Of a stretch of DNA of 64,000 bases, positions 26,854 through 40,309 are shown in pieces. The position numbers and the translations under genes are program-made. The notes under the pieces are model-generated. The model ran no database searches and had not been told where the DNA came from. It saw nothing but the letters and a program-made list of their open reading frames with translations. This DNA is from Octopus bimaculoides (lineage: Eukaryota). Every line of letters begins with the position of its first letter. Position 1 is the stretch's first letter. The stretch lies in assembly GCF_001194135.2 (NCBI RefSeq), contig NC_068997.1, positions 21,149,776-21,213,775 on the forward strand, in the 5' to 3' direction.

Positions 26854-27476
26854 TCATTCTGTCACTTACAATCTCTCTCTCTCTCTCTCTGTCCAACTCT
26901 TGTTCTCTTTATATCTTTCACACATACACATCCTTTCTAGCGTTCTCTCTCTCTCTCTCTATCTGTGTCTATCTCTTACCGTTTTCCCAGATTGCCTATT
27001 ATAAAGACTATATTGGGTACTTTACTAAATGAGCAATTAGTTCATCTGTGAGTATATAACTAGCTGGCTTTGAAGACTTTCTGGCCAACACGTGATTCCC
27101 TGATTCCTCTTGCTTCATTGCTTTGCTGATTCAGTTTCATCTCTGCCAGTCATTTGCAGTTCTACCTTTTGGCTTTTCGTTTTTCTTTTCTTTTCCATTT
27201 TATTTTATTTTATTTGTGTTTGTATTTGTATTTGTTTTGTTTCCTTTTGTTTGTTGTTTTGTTTCCTTTTGCACTTAAAAGCTTTTTCTATTTTCTGTCT
27301 TCTCTCTCGCAGCAACATTCCTATATATATATATATATATANNNNNNNNNNNNNNNNNNNNNNNNNNNNNNNNNNNNNNNNNNNNNNNNNNNNNNNNNNN
27401 NNNNNNNNNNNNNNNNNNNNNNNNNNNNNNNNNNNNNNNNNNNNNNNNNNNNNNNNNNNNNNNNNTGTATATACAC

Positions 27477-27509
<33 letters not shown>

Positions 27510-27815
27510 CTACACAGGCACACACCTACAAGTAAATATGTATATACAGAAATGCGTGTGTATATATGAGTGTGAGTGTATGTGGGTGTATGTGGGTATG
27601 TTATATTATCAGTGTTTGTTTGATGGTTGTTTGATTGTTTGATTGATTGTTTGTTTCTTTGGTTGGATGGTTTGATTGGTTGACTGGCAGGTTGGTTGGT
27701 TCGTTGGCTGGCTGGTCGGTCTATATTGCAATGATTAAACTTTGTATTACACTCATGAGTCCCGTATATGCACACGTTTATACTCAAATATATATATTCC
27801 ACTACACACACACAC

Positions 27816-27873
<58 letters not shown>

Positions 27874-28093
27874 TCATACATACATACATGTTTACTCATT
27901 CATACAGACATTGTGTGTGTGTGTGTGTTCATATATACATGCGTATAAAGTCGGCTGAGGATCGGAATTGTGAAATTCAGAGTAGCGACTCACACAAGCT
28001 CAGATTTGAATAAATATTATTACACTTTGCCTCACTGTATTACACACTGCTTTGTGTTTGACAATCTCACTATTAAGTTACGTACCAATCCAC

Positions 28094-28150
<57 letters not shown>

Positions 28151-28414
28151 CAGAAGGAGGGATATAGTTTAGACTGACACACACACACGCTTATGTACGT
28201 GTAAAATAAATTGGGAAAATGAGAGAGAGGCAATGTGAAAATCAGACAGTATGCTATCAGAATTCTTAATAGTTGGTACACACAAAACAACGTATTTTGA
28301 ATAATGCTAATATATTTCAGGTCGTGGCTCTTGTTAATTCCTCTAATAATCCTGTTATTGGAGTATAACTTCCATGTGTACGTGTATCTTAGTTTTACTT
28401 ACTTAAGCAACTTT

Positions 28415-28610
28415 TTTCCCCATGGAGCTAAGATCATCGACCATCGACAACTTTTCTTCACTGTTATCGGCTCATGGTCGTATTTCCTGCTTCTTTCTGT
28501 TTGGATACCTACTTTTTCAATTCTGTTTCAGTATCCGTTCTCAGATATCTTTAGGTCATCCTCTCTTCCTCCTTCCTTGTGGATTATGTTTCCGCGAGAG
28601 AATGCCTTCC
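28415..28610 (-). mobile_element. RTE-clade LINE 3'-end remnant
   Basis: The minus strand reads ...HNPQGRRKRG*PKDI*ER (NPQ...G*P at about 28552-28587) and later VDDLSSMG. This resembles the RTE ORF C-terminal motif WNPQGKRKRGRPKNTWRR...V..LCS.G, with stops and frameshifts. Confidence 0.62.
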
Positions 28611-28974
28611 TCTCGTAGGTCTTGTTGATTTTGAATTGTCATTCACGCTCCTGAAACTTTGCCCTACGCAAACCAAGGGGTGACCCACATGTGTCTGGCT
28701 TCTATCCTTTGATCTGTCTAGCATAAGGGGCCCTTCCAGTTGATACCTCTCCACTATATAGCTGTCAGAGTCACTGAGGCACGCAAATCATCTGGACTGA
28801 ACCTTGTGATAGATTTTAGCTTTAAAGAAATGCTTATAATGGATAAGCTTTTTATAACATTAAATTGTTGAGATTATTTATGTATTTAATGCAAAAGAAA
28901 GTTAACTCAAATCCAGCGTTTTATCACCGCCCTCACGTGTTCGTAAGTTCACCATCATTGATAGAGGATATAGA

Positions 28975-29283
28975 CTGGCCCTCTGCCAGTTACGACGACG
29001 TGGGTTCCAGTTGATCTAATCAACGGAACAGCCTACTCGAGAAATTAACGTGCAAATAGCCGAGCACTCCACAGACACGCAAACCCTTAACGTAGGGAGA
29101 TTCAGCTTGACACAGAATGTGACAAGGCTGGCTCCTTTGAAATACGGGTACAACTCACCTTTGGACTGGAACAACGTGAAATAAAGTGTCGTTCTCAAAG
29201 ACATAACGTGGTGCCGGGAATCGAACTCACGACCTTACTATCACGAATCGAATATCCCTAACCATTAAGCCACGCGCCTTCGC
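28975..29283 (-). mobile_element. CORE-type SINE with a different, longer 3' region
   Basis: Minus-strand head AAGGCGCGTGGCTTAATGGTTAGGG, B-box GAGTTCGATTCCC and GACACTTTATTTCACGTTGTTCCAGTCC, then a tail unrelated to that of 51122-51385. Confidence 0.85.
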
Positions 29284-29535
29284 AAGAGGATATACACTAT
29301 AAAGCAGTACATTTCTTTAGTGTGTTCGATTACACGTTGCAATGACGGCTAAAACACTTATAATAACACTTTTAATCATTGAAAAAAAAATATATACCCT
29401 TGAGTACGCTTCGAATATTCCATGTATTCCTCTTTTTGTTTACCGATCGTTTATAAGAGAAAGCTGAAAGATTTTGCATTGGATAAATAAAAATTCGCCT
29501 TTGTGCCTTTCTTTAATCCCACTTCTCTATCCCTA

Positions 29536-29578
<43 letters not shown>

Positions 29579-29634
29579 TCAAATCTGATTTTGCTTGAGT
29601 AGCAATTGCATTTCCTGATCCTGAGGCGACTCTC

Positions 29635-29666
<32 letters not shown>

Positions 29667-29804
29667 NNNNNNNNNNNNNNNNNNNNNNNNNNNNNNNNNN
29701 NNNNNNNNNNNNNNNNNNNNNNNNNNNNNNNNNNNNNNNNNNNNNNNNNNNNNNNNNNNNNNNNNNNNNNNNNNNNNNNNNNNNNNNNNNNNNNNNNNNN
29801 TCTC

Positions 29805-30030
29805 ATGGGTGGTTGCTCAATCTGTTAGAAATAGCTGTCAAAACTTCTTCAAATTTCTACTGTGTGTTTGACATCTGGAAAGGACACATTGAAATAATGG
29901 ACGACAGCCTATCATTTCACTGTAAATAAATGGGATTGTCACGGCTGGAATGCTTTTGATGATAGGCCTGCTCTTCGTTCCGATTTGATCTGAGTCTAAA
30001 CAACAACAATAACAACAACAACAACAACAA
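29805..30030 (+). mobile_element. Family B repeat
   Basis: GTTAGAAATAGCTGTCAAA...AAGGACACATTG...GGGATTGTCACGGCTGGAATGCTTTTGATGATAGGCCTGCTC...CTAAACAACAAC. Confidence 0.72.
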
Positions 30031-30829
30031 CTGCGTAATCAACAACATTATAATATAATAACAATTAGATCATCAAAAATCAACATTCACAAGGAATGAA
30101 TGAAGCGACACAGCAACCACAACAACAACAAAAACTACGACGAAAATAAACAAAAAACATCAACAACATCAACAAAAACAACCATCAACGTGACAACAAC
30201 AAGATTGAACTGGTGCCCTGAAATAAAATTAAGTTGTTTGAAGGGTGCCGCTTGAGGACAGCAAATGTCTTTAACCATCAATGAGATCCTCGAGACAGCA
30301 AACACACTCTTTCTCTCTTCATTTGACACATGTCTCTCTGCCTGCTTAAGATGGCGTCTTTTCTCTTTCCTCAAACCTTGCATCCCTCGTCGTCATTCGT
30401 CGTTTCTTCTTATTTCCCCCTCTCTCGGTGTCTTTCTTACTCCATATCTCTTTCTCTGCCTGGTTAGGATGGCGGTTTTTTTTTTCCCCTTTCCTCAGCC
30501 ACGTATCCCCACCGTCAGTTCTTCTTTCGCCTTCCTCCGCCCACCCCCCAATATTTCTCTCTCTCCTTCTCCCTCGTTCTTTATCTCTCTTTCACTCTCC
30601 ATTTATCTCTCTCCGTCTGTGTCCATATCTGCCTGTCCCGCTGACGCTCTTCTCTGGGTCTACAGATATTTAATATCAATTTTAGCTTCTGAATTTGTCG
30701 TTCTTTTAGGTTCAATTTAGTCTTCCCACCGCCGCCGCCGCCGCTGCTGCTTTCCGATAGCTGGTCGACGCAAGTAGCAGCATCTCCACATCTTCTTTCC
30801 CCATCCCTCTCTACCTTTTACACTTTCTT

Positions 30830-31790
30830 ACCACCACGGTTACATGTACCACCACTACCACTACTACCACTATGACTATCATCACGAGTGTCACTGGCAT
30901 CAACCGAGACACAAATATCGTTACCAGAAAGACCAATACCTCCATACCATCGCAAGTACCACAGACACAGGCACCAGCATACGTGTTACCACCACCACTA
31001 CTACTACCACCACCACTATCACCACCACCACCACTACTACAACCAATACAGAACTCCCACCACCACCACCACCGCTACAACCAATACAGAACTCCCCCCA
31101 CCACTACTACTACTATTGTTACTGCTACTGTTGTTAATGCTGCTGCTGCTACTACTACCACTACTACATCTACTGCTACTCGTAATAATACTAATATTGC
31201 TACGACTAATTCCATCGGATTTTGCTACCATGACTATAATCAGTACCAAAACCACTACTACCACCACCCCCTAAACCACCATCACCACCACCACCACCAC
31301 CACCAGCATCAGTTTCATCTCTCACCACTTTCACCACTATCACCATCACCACAACCACCACAACCACCACAACCACAACCACAACCATCACCACCACCNN
31401 NNNNNNNNNNNNNNNNNNNNNNNNNNNNNNNNNNNNNNNNNNNNNNNNNNNNNNNNNNNNNNNNNNNCCACCACCACCGCTACAACCAATACAGAACTCC
31501 CCCCACCACTACTACTACTATTGTTACTGCTACTGTTGTTAATGCTGCTGCTGCTACTACTACCACTACTACATCTACTGCTACTCGTAATAATACTAAT
31601 ATTGCTACGACTAATTCCATCGGATTTTGCTACCATGACTATAATCAGTACCAAAACCACTACTACCACCCCCCCTAAACCACCATCACCACCACCACCA
31701 CCACCACCAACACACCAAACATATCGCAAAACATCTTTATCGAGAAAACAAACATTAACAACAGCAACAACAACAACAACAACCGGAGCA
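30830..31790. repeat. ACC/ACT-rich low-complexity tract with an about 242-bp duplication across a gap
   Basis: 31063-31305 and 31468-31709 are nearly identical. Confidence 0.92.
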
Positions 31791-32559
31791 AAAACACTCG
31801 TAATTAATTGTTAATTCAATTTTTATTATTTTATACAAAATTGCTTCCTTGTGCTCGTGTATGTCAATGTGTGCCGCTGTATGTGTCACTGTGTGTGTGT
31901 GTGTGTGTGGAGGGGTTATGTTTGAGCATGTTTGTGGGGTTTATGTGTGTATGTTCCTGTATTTGTCTGAATGTCTGTATACACATATGTATGCAATAAG
32001 AATGTGTATGAACATATACATATACATACGTGTGTGTGTGTGTGTGTTTGTATGCGTTTGCGCTTGTGCACGTGCACGCGCGTGTACGTATGGATTATGT
32101 GTTTATGTATGTACGTGTTTTAAATGGGTTTCTTGACAAATCTGTAGGTTTATGTTTGTATGTGTATGTGTGTGCGTGTATATGTATTTCTATATCTATG
32201 TACAAATATTTGTATGTAATAATATACATATATATATATAATATATTATATATTATATATATTTACATAAACACGTGCTCATACGCGCGCGCACACAATC
32301 ATAATACAATGACAAAGAACACTTTAAACTTTCCACATTTTATTCAGTTATTCCTTGTTTATTTACATTTTTGCCAAAATTTTCCTTTATTTATCTATTA
32401 TTTTCTTCACACGCACACACACTTTACACGCGTGTTTATACACACACACATACACACACACACACATATATATATGTATATATGTATGTATATTCTTTGT
32501 TGTCATCTATTTACTCCTTTCAATCTCCCCCCCATTTCACACTTTCTCTTCTTTTTCTT

Positions 32560-33790
32560 CTTCTTCTGCAACATCACCACCACCATCATCATCATCATCA
32601 TCATCGTCATCATCATCGTCATCGTCGTCATCATCATCATCATCATCATCATCGTCGTCGTCGTCGNNNNNNNNNNCGTCATCGTCGTCATCATCATCAT
32701 CATCATCATCATCGTCGTCGTCGTCGTCGTCGTCATCATCATCATCATCATCGTCATCATCATCATCGTCTTCTCTAGCCCCCCCTCCTCATCCTTCTAA
32801 TTACTACTTCTTCATCTTCTACTTCTTCCTCTACTTTAACTCTCTCAACCTAAGCTGATGTTTTTATTGAAAAGCCAACTACGATATTTAAATGTTGCTA
32901 ACCAAACATCAAACATCTACTTTTACAAGAGATACAGGCGGCGGCGGCGGCGGTGGGGAGAAGGAGGGGGAGGAGAAGAAGGATGATGAAGATAAGGAGA
33001 AAGGGAGAGAGGGAGGGGGGAATATCTGAGATATTTTGCAAGAATTGGTGGTGGTAGTAGTGGTGGTGATAGTCGTGTTTGGGGTGGTGATTTGACTAGG
33101 GTGTAATTTTTGTTTAATTATTTGTCATTATTTTCTAAAACTATATTTATCGACAATCTGTTCTGTTCTCAGATGTGTCTTTAAGCATTGGTGACATGGA
33201 ATGAAAAGGGTACAGAATATGGTTTAGATTGCAGTTCTTTTACCATCATCATCATCATCATCATCACCAACGTCATCACCAACGTCATCACCAACGTCAT
33301 CACCAACGCCATCGTTGTCATCGTTATAGTAGTCATCATTGTCGTCGAGGTCGTCTTTATCATCATCACCATCGTCGTCATAATTGTTGTCATAGTAACC
33401 ACCGTCATCGTCCCCGACTATCAACTCTACCATCACCATTATCACAAACACCATCAGCATCACCATCGTTGTGGTAGTGGCCCTCGTTTTTCTCGCCCTC
33501 CCCCTCCTTCTCATCATCGTCTTCATCATCATCATCATCGTAATCATCATCATCATTATAATTACCATTACCACCACCTCTATCATCATTACCAACGTCG
33601 TATAGTCGACTTCGTCCTCCGCCTCATCATCATCATCATCATCATCATCATCACAACCACTACTACCATCCCAACACCACCATCACCATTATCATCGTTG
33701 TCGTTCTCCTTCTCCTCGATTCCCTCCTCACCACCGTCATCATCATAATCATCATCATCATTATCGACATCATCATCACTAAAGGCAGCA
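32560..33790. repeat. (CAT/CGT)n mosaic including CATCACCAACGT x4 (about 33262-33309)
   Basis: Direct. Confidence 0.92.
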
Positions 33791-35077
33791 ACAGTAGTAT
33801 TGTCTTCACGATTATCTTGGTCGATGTCTTCTTTTGGCTTCCAATGGCCCAGTCTGGAATGAGTCAAACAACAAACAACCAATTTCACCGAGGTTTTTCG
33901 TTTCCGTCTGTCAGAATGAATATCTCTAACTAACGACCAAATACATTTAAATACTGTTTCTCAAACAAGCAGACTGCATCATGTGGCTTTTATTGTTCCA
34001 TCATATATAAATACACTTTGTATTATGGACCTTTCTAAGTTTGCTTAGAAAAACACTTTATGTTAGTTTCATAGGCAACAAAATTGCAATATAATTCCTG
34101 TTATCGTTATTGATTAGACTCAAGTCAATGCTGACAACAGAACAAACGCATGATCAATGACACTCTAATTGTGCCCAACCTGTCCTTTTTAAGTCGATAT
34201 ATACTTGGGTCTTCTTCTCTACATATTTTATATAAGGAGAATTTCTCTTCCGAGATAGTTACCGCAGCGAATGTCTTTACGCGTTTGAGCGTACATAAAC
34301 GTTTTAGATACAAAATGTCTATAACTTCTTAATAATTACTGCTTTGTGTAGCCTTTAATTAACTAGATCTTGCCTGTGATTTTTACTGTAATCAAGTAAA
34401 TATGGCAAAAAATTATCTGAAATAGTCTGAAGACTGAAAAACTGGTGCTGCCATCAGAGCTCACCCACCATTAACATAACCACTAACAACCGCTGTGTAT
34501 AATCTCCAAGAAAACCTCGCCTGGAATATGTCTTGCCGTATGCTCTGCAAAGATGGCGTAGCTCTGTTCGATAATCCTCGAAGGTTGTTGGGTCGCTATA
34601 TAGTCTTGAAGCCGTATACGAAAGAAAACGGCTTAATAAAGGCTCCCGAAGCTTCGGGTTTATAAATGCAAAGATGATCAGTTCCAAATCTAACCTGCCT
34701 TCTCTTACTCCATTCATTTTTATTCAAGGCGACTTCACTCGTAGAGGTGTGCAATGAAATCTTGGAAAATTATGAAGATTACTCAGAACTGTGTTATGTG
34801 GAGCAAAATTATGTTGTAAAGTGTTGTTTCTTCAATAAAATGGACATTTTGCTCATTTTCCTGATAGTTATGAATGTATCTGTGTATGTACGATGTGTGT
34901 ATAATATCCAATATTTACAACATACACTTTGCACATGCACATACATTTCACACTCACACACATATATGTAGATTTATGTATTCATATGTGTGTATACGTA
35001 TATATACATACATATACATAAGTGTGTATGTATATATATATATATATATGTATGTACATATACGTGTATATATATAT

Positions 35078-35184
<107 letters not shown>

Positions 35185-35284
35185 GTGTAGAGAGAGAGAA
35201 ATAGAATTTATATCTTTCCATATATCAATAAATACATTTAACATATGCATATAGATATATATTGTTGATCGCTACTTATCAAGA

Positions 35285-35450
35285 TGCTGTTGTTTTGTTT
35301 AATCACGCGTTAATCTTGATGCAGCAGAAACGTGATTAACGATATTCCAACCGTGACTAACTAATTTTATGTTTCTTTAGTTTTTTCTTTGTATGGAATG
35401 ATTCTTATATTTAACTGCTATTTCTAGCAAATAAAGCGAAAAATTACCCT
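35285..35450 (-). mobile_element. Family B repeat (a second 5' fragment lies at about 35595-35655)
   Basis: GTTGTTTTGTTTAATC...GATATTCCAACCGTGACTA...TTTAACTGCTATTTCTAGCA. Confidence 0.62.
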
Positions 35451-36774
35451 CGTCATCGTAGTGTTATGTTAGCGCTATATTTGTTTAGACCTGACTGACC
35501 AAAATTTGAACACACTGACTAATCAAAAGTATTCTATGCTCATTTCGTCGTTTTCTATGCTTCCTACCTCCCAATTTTTTCAAACGCTGATTTGTGAAGG
35601 ATGCTGCTGCTGCTTCTAGCAGATCGAATAGCCAGCTAAGGGCTCCCTCCCTTTATTTGTTTAGTTACATAGCTAGGTGACAGGTATACTAATAGAGAAA
35701 AAAGGAAAACTAAAGTAATTGATATTTACAGAGATATTATTTGCACATCAAAAAAAAAGAAGAAAACATGTCATCCATCACTCGAATTAGGATGGCGATA
35801 AAGGAGCAGTTTTACTTCCGTGGATGAATTCCTTAAGCTAATGCAAGAATATATTCGAATGTTCCTAGGTNNNNNNNNNNNNNNNNNNNNNNNNNNNNNN
35901 NNNNNNNNNNNNNNNNNNNNNNNNNNNNNNNNNNNNNNNNNNNNNNNNNNNNNNNNNNNNNNNNNNNNNNNNNNNNNNNNNNNNNNNNNNNNNNNNNNNN
36001 NNNNNNNNNNNNNNNNNNNNNNNNNNNNNNNNNNNNNNNNNNNNNNNNNNNNNNNNNNNNNNNNNNNNNNNNNNNNNNNNNNNNNNNNNNNNNNNNNNNN
36101 NNNNNNNNNNNNNNNNNNNNNNNNNNNNNNNNNNNNNNNNNNNNNNNNNNNNNNNNNNNNNNNNNNNNNNNNNNNNNNNNNNNNNNNNNNNNNNNNNNNN
36201 NNNNNNNNNNNNNNNNNNNNNNNNNNNNNNNNNNNNNNNNNNNNNNNNNNNNNNNNNNNNNNNNNNNNNNNNNNNNNNNNNNNNNNNNNNNNNNNNNNNN
36301 NNNNNNNNNNNNNNNNNNNNNNNNNNNNNNNNNNNNNNNNNNNNNNNNNNNNNNNNNNNNNNNNNNNNNNNNNNNNNNNNNNNNNNNNNNNNNNNNNNNN
36401 NNNNNNNNNNNNNNNNNNNNNNNNNNNNNNNNNNNNNNNNNNNNNNNNNNNNNNNNNNNNNNNNNNNNNNNNNNNNNNNNNNNNNNNNNNNNNNNNNNNN
36501 NNNNNNNNNNNNNNNNNNNNNNNNNNNNNNNNNNNNNNNNNNNNNNNNNNNNNNNNNNNNNNNNNNNNNNNNNNNNNNNNNNNNNNNNNNNNNNNNNNNN
36601 NNNNNNNNNNNNNNNNNNNNNNNNNNNNNNNNNNNNNNNNNNNNNNNNNNNNNNNNNNNNNNNNNNNNNNNNNNNNNNNNNNNNNNNNNNNNNNNNNNNN
36701 NNNNNNNNNNNNNNNNNNNNNNNNNNNNNNNNNNNNNNNNNNNNNNNNNNNNNNNNNNNNNNNNNNNNNNNNNN

Positions 36775-36827
<53 letters not shown>

Positions 36828-36889
36828 CAAGTCCTTATTAAAGACTTTATAAAGGTTTATCATCTACGAGATCATGTAGAAACAGCCTT

Positions 36890-37030
36890 AAAGGCGGTGA
36901 ACTGGCAGTGTCGGTAAAGGTTTGAGCAAAATGCTTCATAGTCAGTGTTTCTACTGTCTTGCTCCCTGAGTTCAAATCTCTACGAGATCATCTTTGCTTT
37001 CCTTCGTATTTGGAGGAATACGAAACCATG
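36890..37030 (+). mobile_element. SINE family A, 5' half
   Basis: AAGGCGGTGAACTGGCAGTGTCGGT...AAAATGCTT...CTGAGTTCAAATC...CTTTGCTTTCCTTC. Confidence 0.72.
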
Positions 37031-38005
37031 CCGATGGATTATCTGGAACAGATGGTGGTGATATATTGTGGAATAATTAAAATAAGGTGAAAGCAAGCAC
37101 GTTTAAGGATGATATATATTTAAGTAGATATATATATATAGAGAGATAGATAGATACACGCACACGCACACGCATATATATATANNNNNNNNNNNNNNNN
37201 NNNNNNNNNNNNNNNNNNNNNNNNNNNNNNNNNNNNNNNNNNNNNNNNNNNNNNNNNNNNNNNNNNNNNNNNNNNNNNNNNNNNNNNNNNNNNNNNNNNN
37301 NNNNNNNNNNNNNNNNNNNNNNNNNNNNNNNNNNNNNNNNNNNNNNNNNNNNNNNNNNNNNNNNNNNNNNNNNNNNNNNNNNNNNNNNNNNNNNNNNNNN
37401 NNNNNNNNNNNNNNNNNNNNNNNNNNNNNNNNNNNNNNNNNNNNNNNNNNNNNNNNNNNNNNNNNNNNNNNNNNNNNNNNNNNNNNNNNNNNNNNNNNNN
37501 NNNNNNNNNNNNNNNNNNNNNNNNNNNNNNNNNNNNNNNNNNNNNNNNNNNNNNNNNNNNNNNNNNNNNNNNNNNNNNNNNNNNNNNNNNNNNNNNNNNN
37601 NNNNNNNNNNNNNNNNNNNNNNNNNNNNNNNNNNNNNNNNNNNNNNNNNNNNNNNNNNNNNNNNNNNNNNNNNNNNNNNNNNNNNNNNNNNNNNNNNNNN
37701 NNNNNNNNNNNNNNNNNNNNNNNNNNNNNNNNNNNNNNNNNNNNNNNNNNNNNNNNNNNNNNNNNNNNNNNNNNNNNNNNNNNNNNNNNNNNNNNNNNNN
37801 NNNNNNNNNNNNNNNNNNNNNNNNNNNNNNNNNNNNNNNNNNNNNNNNNNNNNNNNNNNNNNNNNNNNNNNNNNNNNNNNNNNNNNNNNNNNNNNNNNNN
37901 NNNNNNNNNNNNNNNNNNNNNNNNNNNNNNNNNNNNNNNNNNNNNNNNNNNNNNNNNNNNNNNNNNNNNNNNNNNNNNNNNNNNNNNNNNNNNNNNNNNN
38001 NNNNN

Positions 38006-38044
<39 letters not shown>

Positions 38045-39034
38045 TACTGAGAGAGAGAGAGAGAGAGAGATATGAAGGGAAGAAAAGATTTATATAGGGA
38101 TATATTAAATTCATAAATGTATTTTATAATATATATATCATCTACACATAACGTAAATGCGTATATATTATATAGAAATAATGTATATATATATGTATAT
38201 ATATACACACACACCAACACATGCACAAATATATATATATATATATATATATACATACCAGCATAATGAAGATAAGGGCATTAATCTAGATAGATATCTA
38301 TAAATATTCAAACGTTCAGCATTCAGCTTATTGTTCTAAGCGACTGAATGTAGAATAAATTCATGTTCATATAGTCGATCATCTGGACCCAAGTATTACT
38401 GGTATTATTTCATCGAACTGATTTTGTTTTTGTTTAGCTTTTTTCTTATTTTTCTTATGTTTTTGTTCAAGCCATTCTCCTGGTTAAACCCAATTGATTA
38501 GATTTATTCATTGAATTCTTCCAGCCACCAGTATCTCATTTTTAAAGGTTTTATAGGAATACGTTATTCTGCGTAAATTTTCCTTTCTTTGAATTAGTTA
38601 TGTAACCATCCTGTATTTTATTCAGACGTTTGGGTATCTACGGTTGCATTATCTAACGTGTGTCATTTTCAAATACCGTCCAGTGAGATTTGGGAGATAT
38701 TTGGCTGTTATTTCTGACAACTCATGTGACCACATAGAGACTTCACTTAGTTTGCTAGGAGTACGTCCATGGAGTAGAAGTTACTAGTATTGATGTATAG
38801 AGTCAAAGGTGACGTGTAACGGAGGGAGGTGGTGGTGGTGGTGGTGGTGATGGATGTCTTGAAATCACTGATCTCGATAAAAGGGATTCGAACTCGAAAT
38901 CGAGAAGACACATTGTTACTAGCAAAGGAGACGTCTGTGGAACATCGTATACGATCGATAACTGCCCGAAGTTATCTCATGTTCAAACAATAGATTTTTT
39001 TAAAAACGAAACTAGATTGGTGAGTTTCCACTCT

Positions 39035-39227
39035 GACGACGATGACATCGACAATGACGATGATGATGATAACGACGATGACGATGATGATGATGATGAC
39101 GACGACGACGACAGGCAAACGATGATGGTGTTGAGGATGACTATGATGAACGATATTCATGACGGTGATGATTTTGACGAAGGAGAATGATGATGATGTT
39201 GAGAACGACGTTGATAGTCATGTTCCT

Positions 39228-39262
<35 letters not shown>

Positions 39263-39334
39263 AAGGATGATGACGACGACGATGCTGATGACGAGGACGA
39301 CGATGATGTGGTTGATGAGGTATTATGATGATCG

Positions 39335-39371
<37 letters not shown>

Positions 39372-39480
39372 CGGCGACAATGGTGAGGATGGAAGGGACG
39401 ATCACCCGCATCATCATCACAATGGGGAATGCTGAGTGACAAGGATAACCATGACGAATTGCAATGATGGCGACGCAGAC
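39035..39480. repeat. (GAT/GAC)n and (AAT)n mosaic
   Basis: Direct. Confidence 0.92.
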
Positions 39481-39500
39481 AATGATCAGGATAATATTTT

Positions 39501-39716
39501 TTTTCTACAATGGGCACAACTGCCTGAAATTTGAGGGGAAGCGGTTAGCCGATTACATTGTCTCCATCGCTAGGCTGATATTTTATTTTATCAACGCCGA
39601 AAGGATGAAAGGCTAAGATGACCTTGGTCACATTTGAACTCAGAACAAAAAGTCAGAAGAAATTCTGTTAAACATTTTGTTCGACTCACTAACGATTCTA
39701 TCAGCTCGTTGCCTTA
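39501..39716 (-). mobile_element. SINE family A, copy 1 of a three-copy head-to-tail array
   Basis: Contains AAAGGATGAAAGGC, ATTTGAACTCAGAAC and AACGATTCTATCAGCTCGTTGCCTTA, the reverse complements of family A blocks. Confidence 0.85.
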
Positions 39717-39725
39717 ACAGTAATA

Positions 39726-39759
39726 TTCTTTTGTGCTATAGGCTCAAGGCCCTCAATCT

Positions 39760-39840
<81 letters not shown>

Positions 39841-39996
39841 TGCATCGACCCCAGTGCTTGGCTGGTACTTACTTTATCGATGCCGAAAGGATGAAAGGCA
39901 AAGTCAACCTCGAAGGAATTTGAACCGTAAAGACGGACAAAATGCTACGAAACATTTTGTCCTATGTGCTAACGATTCTGCTAGTTCACCGCCTTA
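39726..39996 (-). mobile_element. SINE family A, copy 2 of the array, with an internal (GA)n expansion at about 39761-39834
   Basis: ATCGACCCCAG...GGTACTTA...AAGGATGAAAGGCAAAGTCAACCTCG...GCTAACGATTCTGCTAGTTCACCGCCTTA. Confidence 0.88.
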
Positions 39997-40012
39997 ATGA
40001 TAATAATTATAA

Positions 40013-40228
40013 TCTTTTCTACAATAGGCACAAGACCTGAAATTTTATTTGGTGGGGATAGATGATAACATCAAGCCTTGTATTCGACTGGTACTTATTT
40101 TATCGACCCTGAAAGGATGAAAGGTTGAGTCGACCTCGTCAGAATTTGAACTTAGAACGTGCAGACGGACGAAATCCTGCTGAGCATTTAGCCCGGCGAT
40201 CTAACAACTTTGCCAGCTCACCGCCTTA
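40013..40228 (-). mobile_element. SINE family A, copy 3 of the array
   Basis: TCTTTTCTACAATAGGCACAAGACCTGAAATTTT...GGTACTTATTTTATCGACCCTGAAAGGATGAAAGG...TTTGCCAGCTCACCGCCTTA. Confidence 0.88.
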
Positions 40229-40237
40229 ATGATGAGG

Positions 40238-40238
<1 letters not shown>

Positions 40239-40309
<71 letters not shown>

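Noticed and set aside
30872-31678. 268-aa Thr/Pro/His-rich ORF with an apparent repeated domain
   Set aside because: It spans an N-gap, and the repeat comes from the probable assembly duplication. Low-complexity trinucleotide origin.
35299-35338. Inverted repeat TTAATCACG...CGTGATTAA resembling paired homeodomain sites
   Set aside because: It lies inside a family B repeat copy and is explained by that element's sequence.
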